IMG/VR virus record: IMGVR_UViG_3300033076_000960
Location: 1-44,554 of that record
DNA: 44,554 bases
Source: a virus
Lineage: Duplodnaviria; Caudoviricetes
Strand: one strand, 5' to 3'
Part shown: piece by piece, positions 25,270 to 34,246 of the stretch
Numbering within the stretch: the stretch's first letter is position 1
How the letters are laid out: each line of letters opens with the position of its first letter
The notes under the pieces: generated by a model
The model's input: only the letters and a program-made list of their open reading frames with translations
What the model was told of the DNA's origin: nothing
The model's database searches: none
Position numbers and translations under genes: made by a program

Positions 25270-28166
25270 TGGCAAACGGACTTTTCAACATCCTGAATTA
25301 CGATCCGGCTACCGGATTGCCAGCGCAACAGCCTGTATGGGGCGGCGGGCCTGCCCCATACTCTAATGCCTTGCAGGAAGCCGCGCCTGAAACAATGTCA
25401 GGCCAAAGAATGCCTGCATCGCCTTCGACCGGCGGCTCTCCATTCATGAACGCGAAAGGCGAAGGCTACGTAAAAAATATTCCTATAAGGGACGGTGTTG
25501 ACCTTGAAGGGCTTTCGCCAAGGGCGCAAGATTTGGTGCGCGGTCTAGGCAGAGTTGGGATTGATGGCCTCTCAATAAATAGCGCCTTCAGGTCCCCAAC
25601 ATATAACGCTAACGTTGGCGGGGCGAATAAATCACAGCATATTAACGGTAATGCAATTGATATTGATATATCCAGGCTCAATCCAGAGCAGAAAACAAAA
25701 GTTCTTGAAGAGGCCGTAAGGTTAGGTGTTAGAGGCGTTGGTATTTACCCAAGCGGGAATTCTCTGCATCTTGATGTACGGGAAACGCCTGCTTTATGGG
25801 GCGGCAACCCATCAAACGCATATGCTGGACATGGACCTGAGTTAGCGCCAGAGTGGGCGAGGCCCATTGTCTCTAATTTATTGTCTGGGCGCATGACTGG
25901 ATCAAAAATGGAAATGGGCGCTTCATCGCGTCGCCCCGTTGTCGATCCAGTGGAGCGCGCACCGTTGCCTCCCATTCCAGAAGGGTTTCGTATTTTAGAC
26001 GAAGCCGCAGCCGCACCCGCCTCCATTCCGCAGGGTTTCCGTGTGCTGGATGAAAGCCCGAATGCGCAGGTTGCTTCACGCTTTGGAGGTATGCAGCGCC
26101 CGTCAAACGCCGCCGCACTGAAAGACCCGTTGCAGGCTACAGCAGATGCCGCATTGGTGGGGCCTGCTGGCCCTGGAAATTATGCCAAGACATTCGCATC
26201 AAACGCAGCAAATACCGCTTTATTGAATATTCCCCGCAATATTCAGGCTGGTATCGAGTCCTACCAGACAGGACAGGGCTTTGATGAAAGCTATAACAAA
26301 ATAAAGGAACGCGAGGCGGCATTAAACCGTCAAAACCCTAAAACAGCGATTGCCGGTGATGTGGCGGGTATTGTGGGCGGTGCGGTGGCATTGCCAGGCA
26401 TAGGCGGCGGGGCAACAATGGCAGCGCGCGCAGGACGTGCCGCCGTGACCGCTGGTGGGTATTCCGCAGCATCCGAAGCTATTGACAGCAAAGACCCGAT
26501 TAATGCCGCTATTGCCGGTGGCGTTGGTGCTGTAGCTGGTGCTGTATTATCCCCCGTAGCTGAAAAGGTTGCTGGGTGGCTGACAAGAAACAAAGCCGAT
26601 CCCTCTAAATTCCTTAAACAAGACGGCACATTGACCGATGATGCGCTCGCCGCCGCGCAACAGGCCGGTATTGCGCCAGAAGACATGACGGCTGGCCTGC
26701 AAAAGGCGCTTGCCGATGCTTACACACAGAAAGGCACATCACCGGCGGTTTCGCGTGAAGCACTGGCAAATGAATTTAATATCCCTTTATCAAAGGCGCA
26801 GGCAACGGGAGATTTTGCCGCATCGCAATATGAACAGGCGGCAGCGAAGAACGCATTCGGGCCTCAGGCGCAACGCGTGGCAGGTGATTTCTTTGAGGGG
26901 CAGGGTAACGCTGTAAAATCAGCAAAACAAGGCATTCAGGAAGAGCTTGCGGGAGGGCGTGACGTTATAAACAGCCCATCCGATGCCGGAAACATTATTG
27001 CCAATGAAGTTCGCCAGACGGCGGCCAAGGCGAAAGAAGGGTATAATCAACTTTACGATAAGGCTTTGTCGCAGCCTGGCACCTTTGAAAAATCCACATT
27101 TGATAACCTTGGCGGAAAAATAAAAGACAGGCTTTTCAATCGTGATAACCCTGTTCTCATTGACGATCTAACGCCAGCGGCGAATCGTGCTTTGCAGGAT
27201 ATTGACAGGGTTTCAGCGTTAAAACCGCAGACAGCGGCGGATGAAACTGTGGGTGTAAATCTCAAATCTGTTGACCGCGCGCGCAAGTTGCTGGTGCAGC
27301 GTTATAAAACCGCTGAAAGCGCAACAGATAAGGCCGCCGTTCGTCAAATCATGAACGAATTCGACAATCATCTTGAAGATGCATTCACCGCTGGTTTGTT
27401 CAATGGTTCTGACAAAGCACTCCCTGCATTGAAAGAAGCGCGGGCGGCGTTCGCCAAATATCAGAAGGATTTTAAGCCGTCCGGTGCCGGTGATGATGCG
27501 GGTGCCAATATGCGGCGCATCATTGAACGTGACGCTACGGGCAACGATATTGCCAACCTTTTGATGAACTCAGCCGGTAGCGGAGCAAAGGGAAGTGCTG
27601 TACGTACCGCCAATAAACTCAAAGAGATTTTGGGTGCCGACAGCGAAGGGTTTAACGCTGTCCGTCAAGGTGTATGGCAGCGTCTCACATCAAAACCAGA
27701 AGGCGTTGAAGATTTCGGCCCGCAGGCCCTGTCCACAAACATTATGAAATTCATCAATGGTGATGGCAAGGAGTTGGCGAATAAAATCTTCACGGCTGAG
27801 GAAATTGGGAAAATACGCCGATTTGCTAACGTGCTAAAAGATACCGTGCCGCCTAAAGGTTCTGTGAATACATCTGGAAGCGGATATGTTCTGGCCGCTA
27901 TGCAATCGGCGGGATTAGGCACCCTTGGGGGAGGCATAGACTGGCTTTCTGGCGGTAGTGGCGTGGCCGGTATTGGCGCGGGTGTCGGGCTGGGCGGCTT
28001 GCGCATGGGAGGCACTATTGCCAAGAATTTCTATAAAGGCCGCGCGGCTGAGAAATATTTCAGCCAAGGCGTTCCTAAAACACCTGTTGCCCCTTCACCG
28101 CTTCAAATGACAATCAGCCCCAAAGCAGGGGTTGGTGCAGGTCTAGGCGCGGCGCAAGGATTTTAA
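25269..28166 (+). CDS. Large DNA ejection protein (gp16 position) with N-terminal peptidase M15 domain
   Basis: 965 aa; INSAFRS...SQHINGNAIDI...GVGIY...LHLDVR. Confidence 0.8.
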   Translation: MANGLFNILNYDPATGLPAQQPVWGGGPAPYSNALQEAAPETMSGQRMPASPSTGGSPFMNAKGEGYVKNIPIRDGVDLEGLSPRAQDLVRGLGRVGIDGLSINSAFRSPTYNANVGGANKSQHINGNAIDIDISRLNPEQKTKVLEEAVRLGVRGVGIYPSGNSLHLDVRETPALWGGNPSNAYAGHGPELAPEWARPIVSNLLSGRMTGSKMEMGASSRRPVVDPVERAPLPPIPEGFRILDEAAAAPASIPQGFRVLDESPNAQVASRFGGMQRPSNAAALKDPLQATADAALVGPAGPGNYAKTFASNAANTALLNIPRNIQAGIESYQTGQGFDESYNKIKEREAALNRQNPKTAIAGDVAGIVGGAVALPGIGGGATMAARAGRAAVTAGGYSAASEAIDSKDPINAAIAGGVGAVAGAVLSPVAEKVAGWLTRNKADPSKFLKQDGTLTDDALAAAQQAGIAPEDMTAGLQKALADAYTQKGTSPAVSREALANEFNIPLSKAQATGDFAASQYEQAAAKNAFGPQAQRVAGDFFEGQGNAVKSAKQGIQEELAGGRDVINSPSDAGNIIANEVRQTAAKAKEGYNQLYDKALSQPGTFEKSTFDNLGGKIKDRLFNRDNPVLIDDLTPAANRALQDIDRVSALKPQTAADETVGVNLKSVDRARKLLVQRYKTAESATDKAAVRQIMNEFDNHLEDAFTAGLFNGSDKALPALKEARAAFAKYQKDFKPSGAGDDAGANMRRIIERDATGNDIANLLMNSAGSGAKGSAVRTANKLKEILGADSEGFNAVRQGVWQRLTSKPEGVEDFGPQALSTNIMKFINGDGKELANKIFTAEEIGKIRRFANVLKDTVPPKGSVNTSGSGYVLAAMQSAGLGTLGGGIDWLSGGSGVAGIGAGVGLGGLRMGGTIAKNFYKGRAAEKYFSQGVPKTPVAPSPLQMTISPKAGVGAGLGAAQGF

Positions 28167-28378
28167 GGCCACACACCAAATTTCATGCGGTTCCTTATCA
28201 GGGGCCACCATGCAACCCATGCCCAAAGCATGAAATCCATAGCCGATACCGGCGACAATGTATGAACGAAATCCATCAGGACAACAAAAATTCTGATGGA
28301 GATAGCACACCACATAAACGCTTCAATGTAACACACAAGCCGCCAAGACAACGGGGGCTTATCAGGATGATAACTCAT
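28163..28378 (-). CDS. Small two-TM membrane protein, antisense moron
   Basis: Hydrophobic Trp-rich 71 aa filling the gap between two + genes. Confidence 0.55.
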   Translation of the reverse strand: MSYHPDKPPLSWRLVCYIEAFMWCAISIRIFVVLMDFVHTLSPVSAMDFMLWAWVAWWPLIRNRMKFGVWP

Positions 28379-29747
28379 GGCCAATCGCTTCCTTAATCCA
28401 TTTACTTCACCGGTAGCCAGCACCGGCCTGCCATACGCAGGAGGCACTTTAACATTTTATGCGTCTGGGACAAGTACGCCGCTCGATACTTATTCCGATA
28501 GTGCGCTGACTACCCCCAATAGTAACCCCCTTACGCTTGATTCAGCGGGGCGAAATAGCGCTGTTTTCCTGCAAAACCTGCCTTATAAAGTGGTTCTGAA
28601 GGATAGCCTTGGGAATGAAATTGGCACGGCTGATCCGGTTTATGCATCGGATTACAGCACCCGCGCCTTGTTTTCTGTCTATGCGGGCAATCCAAACGGG
28701 AATGTGGCGGGAACTGCTGGCTCCGGCACTATAGCGTCATCCGTTATCTGGGATACGGTGAATAATATCCTGTATGTCTGCACCACCACAGGAACGGCCA
28801 GCACAGCGATCTGGACGGCTGTAAATGCTGCTGGCACCGCTGCTGTCATCCCGCCGCCGCAAGGGTATTTAACGCCTACCAGTGGCGTTCCTGTTATCAC
28901 AACGGATGCTGTTGCCGCGACAGTTATTTATTACACGCCGTTCATTGGCAATCTATGCCCTATTTATAATGGCGTTGCGTTTGTTCCTCAGACTTTCGCA
29001 GAATTGTCCATGACATTATCAGCCAGCCATGCGCTTGACACGATTTATGATGTGTTCATGTTTTCCAGTAGCGGGGTGTTGACACTGGTGACCGGCCCTG
29101 CGTGGACAACATCAACGGCTGGTTCTGGCGCGCGCGGGACTGGAGCGTCCACCACTGAATTACAACGCATTGGCGGCATATACGTCAACGCTGTTTCCAT
29201 GACTGGGCGCAATGGCGCAACAACCTATACCGTGCCGGCCAATCAAGGAACATATCTGGGGTCTATTTTGATAGATGGAACAGCGGGACAAGTGACGTGT
29301 CACCGTGCCTATGGTCAAACCCGCCGGTGGGGTATCTGGAATACCTATAATCGCCAACGAACAATCATGAAGGCAGGCGATGCTACCGCAAACTGGACGT
29401 ACAACGGCACGGCTTTCAGGCCATCCAGGAATGACACGGCGAACGTCATTAAAGTATTCTGTGGGTTGGCTGAAGAGCTTGTATCAACCGAATTCATAGA
29501 AGAATTTTCCGGCGCAACGAGCCTTTCGCAAATCGGCATTGGCTGGAACTCAACGACGGCGGCAAGCGGCACTATTGGAAAATTACAGGGCGTTGCTGCG
29601 CGTCAATCTTTTCGGTCTGCAAAATATATAGCGCCACCTTTCCTTGGGCTGGCAAATGTAACGTCATTAGAGCTTACGGATACAACCGTGACAACGTTCT
29701 ACGGGACAGAGACGTACATGCAGTTAACAGCCGAATACAGGGCTTAG
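28377..29747 (+). CDS. Tail fibre/spike with N-terminal particle-binding domain
   Basis: GLPYAGGTLTFYASGTSTPLDTYSD...NPLTLDSAGR...YKVVLKDS N-terminus. Confidence 0.8.
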   Translation: MANRFLNPFTSPVASTGLPYAGGTLTFYASGTSTPLDTYSDSALTTPNSNPLTLDSAGRNSAVFLQNLPYKVVLKDSLGNEIGTADPVYASDYSTRALFSVYAGNPNGNVAGTAGSGTIASSVIWDTVNNILYVCTTTGTASTAIWTAVNAAGTAAVIPPPQGYLTPTSGVPVITTDAVAATVIYYTPFIGNLCPIYNGVAFVPQTFAELSMTLSASHALDTIYDVFMFSSSGVLTLVTGPAWTTSTAGSGARGTGASTTELQRIGGIYVNAVSMTGRNGATTYTVPANQGTYLGSILIDGTAGQVTCHRAYGQTRRWGIWNTYNRQRTIMKAGDATANWTYNGTAFRPSRNDTANVIKVFCGLAEELVSTEFIEEFSGATSLSQIGIGWNSTTAASGTIGKLQGVAARQSFRSAKYIAPPFLGLANVTSLELTDTTVTTFYGTETYMQLTAEYRA

Positions 29748-29992
29748 TTTTAATGCCCCCACCTCTCGCCTTCCTTATTTTCTGGTCAGCTATTTGGGGC
29801 GGAATGTGGTGTGGGTGCGGAATATCCCAGAAACATGATGGTGGATAAGAAAGGCTCCTTAGACCCTGGTTGGTCGAAGGAGCCTATTTGGGTCTGAAGT
29901 GCGATCTGTGGTCCAGTACTTCAGGAAAACCCATATCACACATTTTGCTTTTACGCAACCTGCATCCCTCCGATTTCAGGAGAAAGAACCCA

Positions 29993-30793
29993 ATGAACGA
30001 TGATGTTTTCGACACATGCCTGACTATCACCCTTAAATGGGAAGGTGGCTATTCAAACGATCCGCATGACAAAGGCGGCCCGACGCAATGGGGGATTATC
30101 CAGACTGTTTATGACGGTTATCGAGACAGGATCGGCGCGCCTAAGCAATCGGTAAAAAAACTAACAAAAGACGAAATGCGCGCGATTTATAAACGCAATT
30201 ATTGGGATGCGGTTCGCGGTGATGATCTGGCAAATATATCGCCTGCGCTTGCTCTTGTTGTTTGGGATTTTGGTGTTAATTCCGGTGTATCACGCGCTAT
30301 CAAATACCTGCAAAAATGCCTTGGTGTTGTTGTGGATGGTCACTTGGGCGAAGCGACATTATCAGCTTGCCGTCGCACTGATGTAAAAATGCTGATAGCC
30401 AAATATCAGGCTGATCGGTTGGCATTCCTGAAACAGATTAAAACATTCTGGCGGTTTGGCAAAGGATGGACGCGCCGCGTTGAGGGCATATCAAAGTCTG
30501 CTTTAGCCATGATGAACGGCGGCGAAATACCGGATACTGTAATAGCAGAAGGAACAGCGCGCGCGGTGCCTGATAGCAAGCCGGATTCCGGCGTTGGCTT
30601 GGCAGCTTCTGTGGCGACATTTAGCGGAACCGCCATAGCTATTAAACAGGCTACGGATGCCTTTAAGGACTTGCAGGACAGCATCATGTCTATAATAGGC
30701 TCTGGGGCATGGGTTGTTGCAGGCATGGCCTCTGTAGGCGTTGGCGTGTGGCTATGGAAAGCACACGGGCCGCGATTGAAGGAGCTTTTGTAA
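29993..30793 (+). CDS. Endolysin, glycoside hydrolase 108 + PG-binding, hydrophobic C-terminus
   Basis: EGGYSNDPHDKGGPTQWGI, DFGVNSG, FGKGWTRR; AGGAG SD before ATG 29993. Confidence 0.92.
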   Translation: MNDDVFDTCLTITLKWEGGYSNDPHDKGGPTQWGIIQTVYDGYRDRIGAPKQSVKKLTKDEMRAIYKRNYWDAVRGDDLANISPALALVVWDFGVNSGVSRAIKYLQKCLGVVVDGHLGEATLSACRRTDVKMLIAKYQADRLAFLKQIKTFWRFGKGWTRRVEGISKSALAMMNGGEIPDTVIAEGTARAVPDSKPDSGVGLAASVATFSGTAIAIKQATDAFKDLQDSIMSIIGSGAWVVAGMASVGVGVWLWKAHGPRLKELL

Positions 30794-31005
30794 TGAACGA
30801 CTATCTTTTTGAATACCGACATGGCGGGGCTTCATGGGGCATCACGATTAGGGCGAAGGACAAGCACGATGCTTTTGAGCGCCTTAAATCTTTAGCTTGG
30901 GCTAAATATCAAGGAGAGGTTGTTGCTACCATCCCTGTGTCTTTTGGCCCGTTCGCTAAACTGGCGGCATGGGTGAGGAACTTCTTTTATGGGCGCGCCA
31001 CATGA
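30793..31005 (+). CDS. Hypothetical protein
   Basis: AAGGAG SD, TAATG and ATGA coupling. Confidence 0.7.
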   Translation: MNDYLFEYRHGGASWGITIRAKDKHDAFERLKSLAWAKYQGEVVATIPVSFGPFAKLAAWVRNFFYGRAT

Positions 31006-31232
31006 TCGGATTATTCCTCAACAAATACACCATTGGCCTTGCCGCCGTAGTTATCATAACAGCCTGCATTTATGGCAAGGGATTGATTGACGGGAAGGCT
31101 TCATGCGAAGCAAAAATCGAAAGGCAGAACAATGACGCTGTATCAAAAGCCCGTGACGCTCGCCGTCGTATTGACGAGTGCTTTAATTCTGGGGGCATGT
31201 GGAACGACACGTCCAGCAAGTGTGAGCGGTGA
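31002..31232 (+). CDS. Inner-membrane spanin (Rz-like)
   Basis: N-terminal TM followed by charged helix; overlapped by a lipoprotein gene. Confidence 0.72.
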   Translation: MIGLFLNKYTIGLAAVVIITACIYGKGLIDGKASCEAKIERQNNDAVSKARDARRRIDECFNSGGMWNDTSSKCER

Positions 31233-31359
31233 ATGCCAGATATTCGAGCCGCTTTATGGAGTTATTGCTACCACATCGGACGGCAACAGACGAATAGCCG
31301 GACACAATGCGGCGGGTGCGGCTGCATGTGGATGGAAGCGTAATAGTGACCTGCCATAA
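31132..31359 (+). CDS. Outer-membrane spanin lipoprotein (Rz1-like)
   Basis: Signal peptide with lipobox LGAC; overlaps the Rz-like gene in another frame. Confidence 0.72.
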   Translation: MTLYQKPVTLAVVLTSALILGACGTTRPASVSGECQIFEPLYGVIATTSDGNRRIAGHNAAGAAACGWKRNSDLP

Positions 31360-31447
31360 CCCCCTACTGAGGTTGGTAGCTATGAATTTGATTGGAGTTA
31401 AATACAATGCTCTTAGCATATGCTAGAATGGGGGAGTCTTACCCAAA

Positions 31448-31708
31448 ATGGAACTTGAGCCGCGCTTGCTTGCACTGGAAACCAGAATGAACGCCTTTGG
31501 GGAACGTCTGGCTGTAGCAGAAATAAACTACAAACGCGCGCAAGAGGACATGCGCGAAATAAAAGAAAACGTGCAGGAAATGCGGGAGTTATTGCTTAAG
31601 CTCAATGGCGGTGGTTCCGCCATGATTATGGGCTTCAAGCTGATTTCATGGATGCTGGGGTCAGGATTGTTTATTGTGGTGGCAAGAGCGGTGGGGTGGC
31701 TTAAGTAG
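31448..31708 (+). CDS. Coiled-coil + C-terminal TM protein (holin/antiholin candidate)
   Basis: GGGGGAG SD; hydrophobic C-terminus; end of the lysis module. Confidence 0.65.
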   Translation: MELEPRLLALETRMNAFGERLAVAEINYKRAQEDMREIKENVQEMRELLLKLNGGGSAMIMGFKLISWMLGSGLFIVVARAVGWLK

Positions 31709-31842
31709 GTTCCCATACATCTCACTATCAAATAGATACAAAGTCGGTGGTTTGTATCACTCAGTCCCCTTTGCTTTCAGCCGCCGCCGCAGCATTCTCA
31801 GTAGCATATAAGACATTCAAGGGTATTTAGACGCAAAATAGT

Positions 31843-32082
31843 TTTCTCACGTGCCGGTCGCTACTCCGGCTAAAATTGGCTATTTTTGATCTGGCCTCCA
31901 CTCGCCGTGCATGGTCTGTGGTTAGCTTAATATCTGGCGTCCGTATGCACACGTCCCAGAGTTACGCTCAGATCGTAGTCGGCCCGTTTTTTTGTCTCCT
32001 TCACAGAGATCAAGTTCCGGCTTGCCGCCAATTCGACGCTACAACATGCCTGCGTGTCTGCTTTCCACGCCGACGTGAGAAA
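31843..32082 (-). ncRNA. Putative ~240-nt structured ncRNA with tRNA-like outer arms
   Basis: 10-bp terminal stem, two 5-bp flanking hairpins, nested inner stems, upstream promoter, no credible ORF. Confidence 0.7.
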
Positions 32083-32086
32083 CCAC

Positions 32087-32114
32087 ATCATATAATATCA
32101 CCTGCGATTGTCAA
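32087..32114 (-). promoter_or_regulatory. Sigma70 promoter of the putative ncRNA
   Basis: TTGACA (32114-32109), 16 nt, TATGAT (32092-32087). Confidence 0.75.
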
Positions 32115-32224
32115 TGTCATTTCCACGGCCTGCCTCGGCAGCTTACGAACAGTCTAGTTTTATGATCAGCCTCAATCGAGGACGGCTCAGGACTGCTACC
32201 GTGAAACTCATTCCCCCATCCTAT

Positions 32225-32530
32225 CTATATTGCTTCAAACAGGGGTAACGGCCTTCGCTCAGCTATGCCCTGTCGTCTCATTTTCGCATCGTGCCTATTA
32301 TGGCACTTCTGGCATAATGCAGCCAAATTAAGCAACGATGACGCTTCCGGTCTGTGATCGAATACATGCGCTGTCGTAAGCACTACCTTTGACTTGGTTT
32401 CAGGATGCGGCTCACCGTTTGATACTCCGCACCACTCGCATTTATTTCTTGCCCTATAGAACCGCACGAATTTTGATCGGAGTTTCCAATCTTTAGGATA
32501 CCGATTTTTCATTTCCGGTCTAATCGGCAT
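32225..32530 (-). CDS. HNH-like Zn-binding protein
   Basis: CEWCG...VVLTTAHV...NLAALCQKCHNRHD. Confidence 0.85.
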   Translation of the reverse strand: MPIRPEMKNRYPKDWKLRSKFVRFYRARNKCEWCGVSNGEPHPETKSKVVLTTAHVFDHRPEASSLLNLAALCQKCHNRHDAKMRRQGIAERRPLPLFEAI

Positions 32531-33206
32531 TGCTTCCCATCCTATCGATATTGCACTTGTGTACGGTGAAGGTTTGGGCTGTTACCCAATCATTGCGTTC
32601 CCATGCGTCGGGGCCGTAAATGGAATTCCAGAACGTTTCGAATGCTTCGCGCGCGCTTGTAAATGTCTCGCCAGCGATGACGTAGTATGATGACCCAGTC
32701 CAGCGCACACCTTCCGCCTTCGCATCTTCCTCGCTTATATCCTGCAACCTTTGAACACGCACGTCTGTCACTATGAGGGTTAATCTGGAAGCCCAGCGGG
32801 GCATGTGGATACAAGGGAGCCAGCGTTGAGGACACACATCTCCGGTGTACGCCTCTGGATAATCACCATCAGCGCGATGCCATGCGAACGGCTTTACCCC
32901 TCTCTCATATAGCCCCGTTTTTGCATTGAACTTTTCCCAAGGCACCCCATGTGTTTTGGTCAGATCGGCCCACGTCTCCCTGCACCAGATGCGGTCTCCG
33001 ACCTTTGGCCCTTTACCGTAACGGGCAAGCAAGTCCAGCATATATTCTGGTCGGCCTCCATGCGCTTCTTTGGAAAGCGTAATGGTCATGTGGTCTTTGT
33101 TGTGGAGGACAGGCTGCACCTTCAACGGCCTGCGATCCTGCGTCTTTGTACCATTAAGCAAAGCACGGATCATGGGTGCGTTGAATGTCATTGAGTGGTC
33201 AGTCAT
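32520..33206 (-). CDS. ASCH/PUA-like phage protein
   Basis: FNAPMIRALLNGTKTQDRR, GDRIWCRET, IHMPRWASRLTL...VQRLQDISEEDAKAEG. Confidence 0.85.
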   Translation of the reverse strand: MTDHSMTFNAPMIRALLNGTKTQDRRPLKVQPVLHNKDHMTITLSKEAHGGRPEYMLDLLARYGKGPKVGDRIWCRETWADLTKTHGVPWEKFNAKTGLYERGVKPFAWHRADGDYPEAYTGDVCPQRWLPCIHMPRWASRLTLIVTDVRVQRLQDISEEDAKAEGVRWTGSSYYVIAGETFTSAREAFETFWNSIYGPDAWERNDWVTAQTFTVHKCNIDRMGSNAD

Positions 33207-33550
33207 TCCCCCGGCTCCTGTATGGGAAGGGCGCGGATGGCCCCGACTAGGCATTCGGCACATTCCTCATAATGCCATTGACCGTGTGAGCACCTATCGT
33301 TTTTGTTGGGCCGGTCAAAGGAAATAAGGGGCTTTTCAACATTCATATATCCTGTATCGCTTAGATTAAGCACCCTATCCCGCATGTTCTCCTGCCCTGC
33401 GCGATAGCCCGATTTTAGCACTTCTTTTATCAGGGATTTGAGGCTACCATTTTTAATAGTGAAAATTTCATTGTCGGCTGGACAATCAGTATCCGGCACC
33501 ATTTTAACATTTGAAATTATTTCGGAAGCCCACTCTTCTGCCGTCTTCAT
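33203..33550 (-). CDS. Hypothetical protein
   Basis: AAGGA SD; ATGA coupling. Confidence 0.7.
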   Translation of the reverse strand: MKTAEEWASEIISNVKMVPDTDCPADNEIFTIKNGSLKSLIKEVLKSGYRAGQENMRDRVLNLSDTGYMNVEKPLISFDRPNKNDRCSHGQWHYEECAECLVGAIRALPIQEPGE

Positions 33551-33562
33551 TGTGCTGGTTCC

Positions 33563-33787
33563 TTAAAATGGAATGCCGTCATCGTGAGGGGCGTTCTGTC
33601 GTTCCTGCCATTGAACGTCTGTGCGTTTGCAGGCTGAATGCGGTGTAAGTACAATAAAGGTGTCACCAGGATGCGCAATAGCGAGCCTTTCAGCCTCAGC
33701 CCGCGCACCCTCTTTCGACTCATGCCGGAACATGGTGTACCCAGTCTTAGGATTCCACACTAACCAAAAATCAAGGTTCCCCGTCAT
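33563..33787 (-). CDS. Hypothetical protein
   Basis: FWLVWNP...H.S...A..EAERLA..HPG.TF motif. Confidence 0.75.
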   Translation of the reverse strand: MTGNLDFWLVWNPKTGYTMFRHESKEGARAEAERLAIAHPGDTFIVLTPHSACKRTDVQWQERQNAPHDDGIPF

Positions 33788-33833
33788 CTCACTGTCTCCA
33801 TTGTTGATTGTTGTGTCATTTCGTCTGTTCCTT

Positions 33834-33941
33834 TCATTTCACCAATTCCAATGTTGTTACAAAATACACCATGAAGGCAGTCATAAGCAGTACTGATCCA
33901 ACCCATGCGATAATAAGTATAATTCCTAGGTCACGTTTCAT
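33834..33941 (-). CDS. Small single-TM protein (35 aa)
   Basis: MKRDLGIILIIAWVGSVLLMTAFMVYFV; ATGA coupling. Confidence 0.5.
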   Translation of the reverse strand: MKRDLGIILIIAWVGSVLLMTAFMVYFVTTLELVK

Positions 33942-34246
33942 TGGGTTGCCTTCTCAATGGTTGATGGTGGGGTGAGCAGTTGGGAATATTCAGGGGCCTT
34001 CCCAGTCTCAATCCATTTCAATGCGCTTAGGCTGACTTCAGGATGGACATTCAGGATTGTCTTGTCGCCAGAGTGGTAAAGGGTATCTCGCTTCCCACAT
34101 TCCTGACATTGGCAATATAAAACCGTCGCGCTGGTTTGATAACGTATACCTGAGAAGCCTTCATTCAGCATTTTAAATTGAGCGAATGCATACTTCTTCC
34201 AAGTGTGAATCCCAAGCCTGCACAAGATGCTCTTTAATACGCTCAC
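33938..34246 (-). CDS. Hypothetical protein (CRLGIHTW...CxxC)
   Basis: GTGA overlap with the upstream stop; DUF1660-like start. Confidence 0.65.
   Translation of the reverse strand: MSVLKSILCRLGIHTWKKYAFAQFKMLNEGFSGIRYQTSATVLYCQCQECGKRDTLYHSGDKTILNVHPEVSLSALKWIETGKAPEYSQLLTPPSTIEKATQ

Noticed and set aside
29870-29992. N-terminal extension of the endolysin in the ORF track
   Set aside because: The SD-preceded ATG at 29993 fits the GH108 domain start; the upstream part is structured non-coding DNA.
31843-32082. Canonical tRNA or tmRNA
   Set aside because: No GTTC T-loop, no 7-nt anticodon loop, no CCA end and no tag-peptide reading frame seen.
31876-32157. 93-aa + strand ORF
   Set aside because: TTG start without SD and no protein-like features; the region is better explained by the minus-strand RNA.
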